Source: Bdellovibrionales bacterium
GTDB taxonomy: Bacteria; Bdellovibrionota; Bdellovibrionia; Bdellovibrionales; JAGQZY01
DNA length: 64,000 bases
NCBI GenBank assembly: GCA_031426555.1
Contig: JANPLN010000002.1
Span: 74,712 to 138,711, forward strand
Direction: 5' to 3'
The translations under genes were made by a program, and so were the position numbers. Of the stretch, positions 61,570 through 64,000 are shown piece after piece. Position 1 is the first letter of the stretch; the number at the start of each line of letters is the position of its first letter. Under the pieces are notes generated by a model, which worked only from the letters and a program-made list of their open reading frames with translations, was not told where the DNA came from and ran no database searches.

Positions 61570-62601
61570 TCAATGCCGCTGGATAAACTCAACCAGCTCG
61601 CTGATTTCACAGGGAACGCAGCCCACTTTGCCTACCACCACGCCGGCGGCGAAGTTGGCAAGATAGCCCGCCTTTTCCAAATCCCAGCCTGCGGCTAAAG
61701 CCAAGGCCATGGCGGCGATCACGGTGTCACCCGCTCCGGTCACGTCAAACACGTTTTGTGCAAAAGTTGGTAGCTGTTGGCTTTGGCCTTTTTCGAAAAG
61801 CTTCATGCCCTGCGCGCCCAGCGTGACCACCATTTGCTGACTGCCGATGGCTTCCATCAACGTTTTACCAACCAAGTCGACGGAGGCTGCGGCATCTGTG
61901 ATGTTGAATTGGATTTGCCGCGCAAGAGCCACAGATTCATCTTTGTTGGGCGTCATTAAGTAAGCGCCCTTATAAGTGGCTAATGGGGTGGAGCGATAGG
62001 GATCCACCAGTACTTTTTTGCCTAGAGAATTACATTCTTTTATTAGTTTTTGCGCAAGTTCGGCGTCGATCATCCCCTTGGAGTAATCTTGCAAAATCAC
62101 AATGTCGGCGTTGGCAATGGCTTGCGAAATTTTTTGCGCCGTTTCGGCTTTTACTTTTTCGGAAAGGAGATGTTGTTTTTCAAAATCCACGCGGGCCAAA
62201 TGATGCTGCCCCGTCAACAAACGCATTTTCCGCGTCGTCGGACGATCGGAATCAGCAATCAAATTGAAAGATAAAACGCCTTGTTTTTTTAATAAATTTT
62301 GCAAATCTGTTGCGGCCTGATCTTTTCCCACCACACTGATCAAGTGGCATTGACCACCGAGCGTTTGAATGTTCTGTGCTACGTTGGCGGCAAGGCCCAA
62401 GCGCGTATCTTCGCTTTGCACATCCAAAATTGGAACTGGCGCCTCAGGGCTCAAACGTTTCACCTCGCCCATCAAATAAACATCCAGCCCAACATCGCCG
62501 ACGACAAGTACTTTTTTATTTTTAAGGTCTTGCAAGTGATCGCAGACCCATGCGGTTTGCTTTTTTATTTCGTCTTTTTTTATCTCATCTTTTTGAATCA
62601 T
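61570..62601 (-). CDS. rfaE1: D-glycero-beta-D-manno-heptose-7-phosphate kinase (stand-alone HldE domain I)
   Basis: RLSPEAPVP, LQDYSKG, TPNKDE, DVTGAGDTV. Confidence 0.9.
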   Translation of the reverse strand: MIQKDEIKKDEIKKQTAWVCDHLQDLKNKKVLVVGDVGLDVYLMGEVKRLSPEAPVPILDVQSEDTRLGLAANVAQNIQTLGGQCHLISVVGKDQAATDLQNLLKKQGVLSFNLIADSDRPTTRKMRLLTGQHHLARVDFEKQHLLSEKVKAETAQKISQAIANADIVILQDYSKGMIDAELAQKLIKECNSLGKKVLVDPYRSTPLATYKGAYLMTPNKDESVALARQIQFNITDAAASVDLVGKTLMEAIGSQQMVVTLGAQGMKLFEKGQSQQLPTFAQNVFDVTGAGDTVIAAMALALAAGWDLEKAGYLANFAAGVVVGKVGCVPCEISELVEFIQRH

Positions 62602-63377
62602 ACAGTACCATTATCACGCACATAAAGTGATGCACAAGAGGGTTTTTTGGGCGGCCAAAACGGACAGCTCAGTTCGTGGCGCTCCAGTAATTTTAAAAAA
62701 GGCGTTTGTTGGAGGCGAGCTTTATCAAATATCTTTTCTTCTTCGCGCCCTTGGTGGACGACGAACAAAAAACCACCGTCGTCTAAGCAGCGCTCAATTC
62801 CAGCCACCCACTTTTGCACATCACCACAACGCTCAGGCAAACCCCAACTCACTGCCGGTGCTGCGGTGACAAACGGGAAAAAGCAGATCAGCCCTTTGGT
62901 TTTTTGCGACCACGTAAAAAAATCGCCGGCAAAAAATTGATCCTGGGTTTGCGTGCCTAAAGAGATGTAATAGTGCGCTCGATCCCAGCGCGAGTGCAAG
63001 TCGGAGAGGACGGGAAAGGGATCGAGTTCTAATCCGTGAAACGCGACCTCTGCAATCTGACTTTTAAAAAAAAATTTTAAAGCCGGCAGTCGGGAAAAAT
63101 CCTGACAACCCACTTCGAGAAACGGCGCACGGCCATCGAGCGAAACTTCGGGCCACTTCGCAAAGGTATTGAGCAACCAGAGCGTTGCCAAGTTTCGCTT
63201 CCATTGCAACGGATTTAAGTTTTTTTTCAAAACAGCAAACGAATACTGCCTCACAAGATCGCGTTCGAGAATTGTATCTTCTTCACCCTCAGTGCCAACC
63301 TCGCCGTACCCGCGACGGGAAAAACGGAGTTTGGAGCGCATTTTTAAAAACAATTCGTTTCGTACAGAGGCAAACAT
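62598..63377 (-). CDS. Hypothetical protein, possibly a degenerate SAM-methyltransferase fold
   Basis: FLEVGC, GLELD, GDF, LDDGGFLFV. Confidence 0.55.
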   Translation of the reverse strand: MFASVRNELFLKMRSKLRFSRRGYGEVGTEGEEDTILERDLVRQYSFAVLKKNLNPLQWKRNLATLWLLNTFAKWPEVSLDGRAPFLEVGCQDFSRLPALKFFFKSQIAEVAFHGLELDPFPVLSDLHSRWDRAHYYISLGTQTQDQFFAGDFFTWSQKTKGLICFFPFVTAAPAVSWGLPERCGDVQKWVAGIERCLDDGGFLFVVHQGREEEKIFDKARLQQTPFLKLLERHELSCPFWPPKKPSCASLYVRDNGTV

Positions 63378-63512
63378 AAGTCATCTTACCCATATATTAT
63401 GGTCCAGTCTCTTCTGACGCAGACAATAAATCTGCAAATACTTGGTCATTTACTTGGAGTTTTACTAAGATGGTTTTTCATTATCGAAGATTGTTCTGAC
63501 GGAGGAACGCAT

Positions 63513-64000
63513 ATGAAGCATGTGACTGAAGGCGAATTATTTAAAAACGTGATGCAAACCCTGGATACTGCGGGCAAAGCTATCAACATCGACCGCAACG
63601 TTATGGCTCGACTGCGCCAACCTCGCCGCTCCATCACTGTGAGCATCCCCGTGCGTATGGATGATGGAAATGTAAAGGTTTTTACGGGTCACCGGGTTCA
63701 GTACAGTTCGACCCTGGGTCCCTATAAAGGCGGAATTCGTTATCACCAGGATGTAGACATCAGCGAAGTGGCTGGCCTTGCAGCACTCATGACATTTAAA
63801 TGCTCACTTTTGCAGCTCCCCCTCGGTGGCGCCAAAGGCGGCGTCGAAGTGGATCCCTCCAAGTTATCGCGGGCTGAACTGCAAAGTCTTACTCGCCGCT
63901 TTACAACCGAAATTGCCCCCTTCATCGGCCCCCAAGAAGATATTCCTGCACCAGATATGGGCACCAATGGCCAAACCATGGCATGGATGATGGACACCTA
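63513..64000 (+). CDS. gdhA: Glu/Leu/Phe/Val dehydrogenase (glutamate dehydrogenase), 3'-truncated by the window
   Basis: Not in the ORF track (no stop). MKHVTEGELF...GPYKGGIRYH...MTFKC...LPLGGAKGG...DIPAPDMGT; GGAGG RBS. Confidence 0.95.
   Translation, partial: MKHVTEGELFKNVMQTLDTAGKAINIDRNVMARLRQPRRSITVSIPVRMDDGNVKVFTGHRVQYSSTLGPYKGGIRYHQDVDISEVAGLAALMTFKCSLLQLPLGGAKGGVEVDPSKLSRAELQSLTRRFTTEIAPFIGPQEDIPAPDMGTNGQTMAWMMDT

Overview
64 kb of bacterial chromosome, most likely from a Bdellovibrionota predator. This rests on gene content and order: a TIGR02147 protein, a complete Agl-Glt gliding cluster next to lptC-lptB-rpoN, a DgcB-like FHA-GGDEF protein, an FQNC-type lipobox and a DUF222-like HNH protein. 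The backbone is housekeeping: rsmI, rpoN, lptB, a fused lptC/A, kdsBCD, pyrG, engB, polA, ftsB, eno, tadA, phoH, pgi, rlmN, an hldE kinase and the start of gdhA. Small accessory blocks encode secreted proteins, three tandem OM beta-barrels, a DUF6973 + EEP insert, an imelysin/di-heme operon, an ECF sigma with a STAS/GHKL pair, and an HNH island. No rRNA, tRNA, CRISPR array or transposase was recognised. The most unusual signals are non-coding. Four 115-155 bp REPIN-like palindromes and a singlet share a CCCAAAAG-N7-GTAC(C/T)TTT-like end motif. Two of them keep the same loop while their arms have diverged in a mirrored way, and others appear to have mirrored neighbouring host sequence. Also notable: an unannotated 36-aa lipoprotein gene, six sigma28-type promoters, two sigma54-type promoters, and a possible phosphothreonine/FHA signalling module around dgcB. 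All calls come from motif recognition by eye; no database searches were run.
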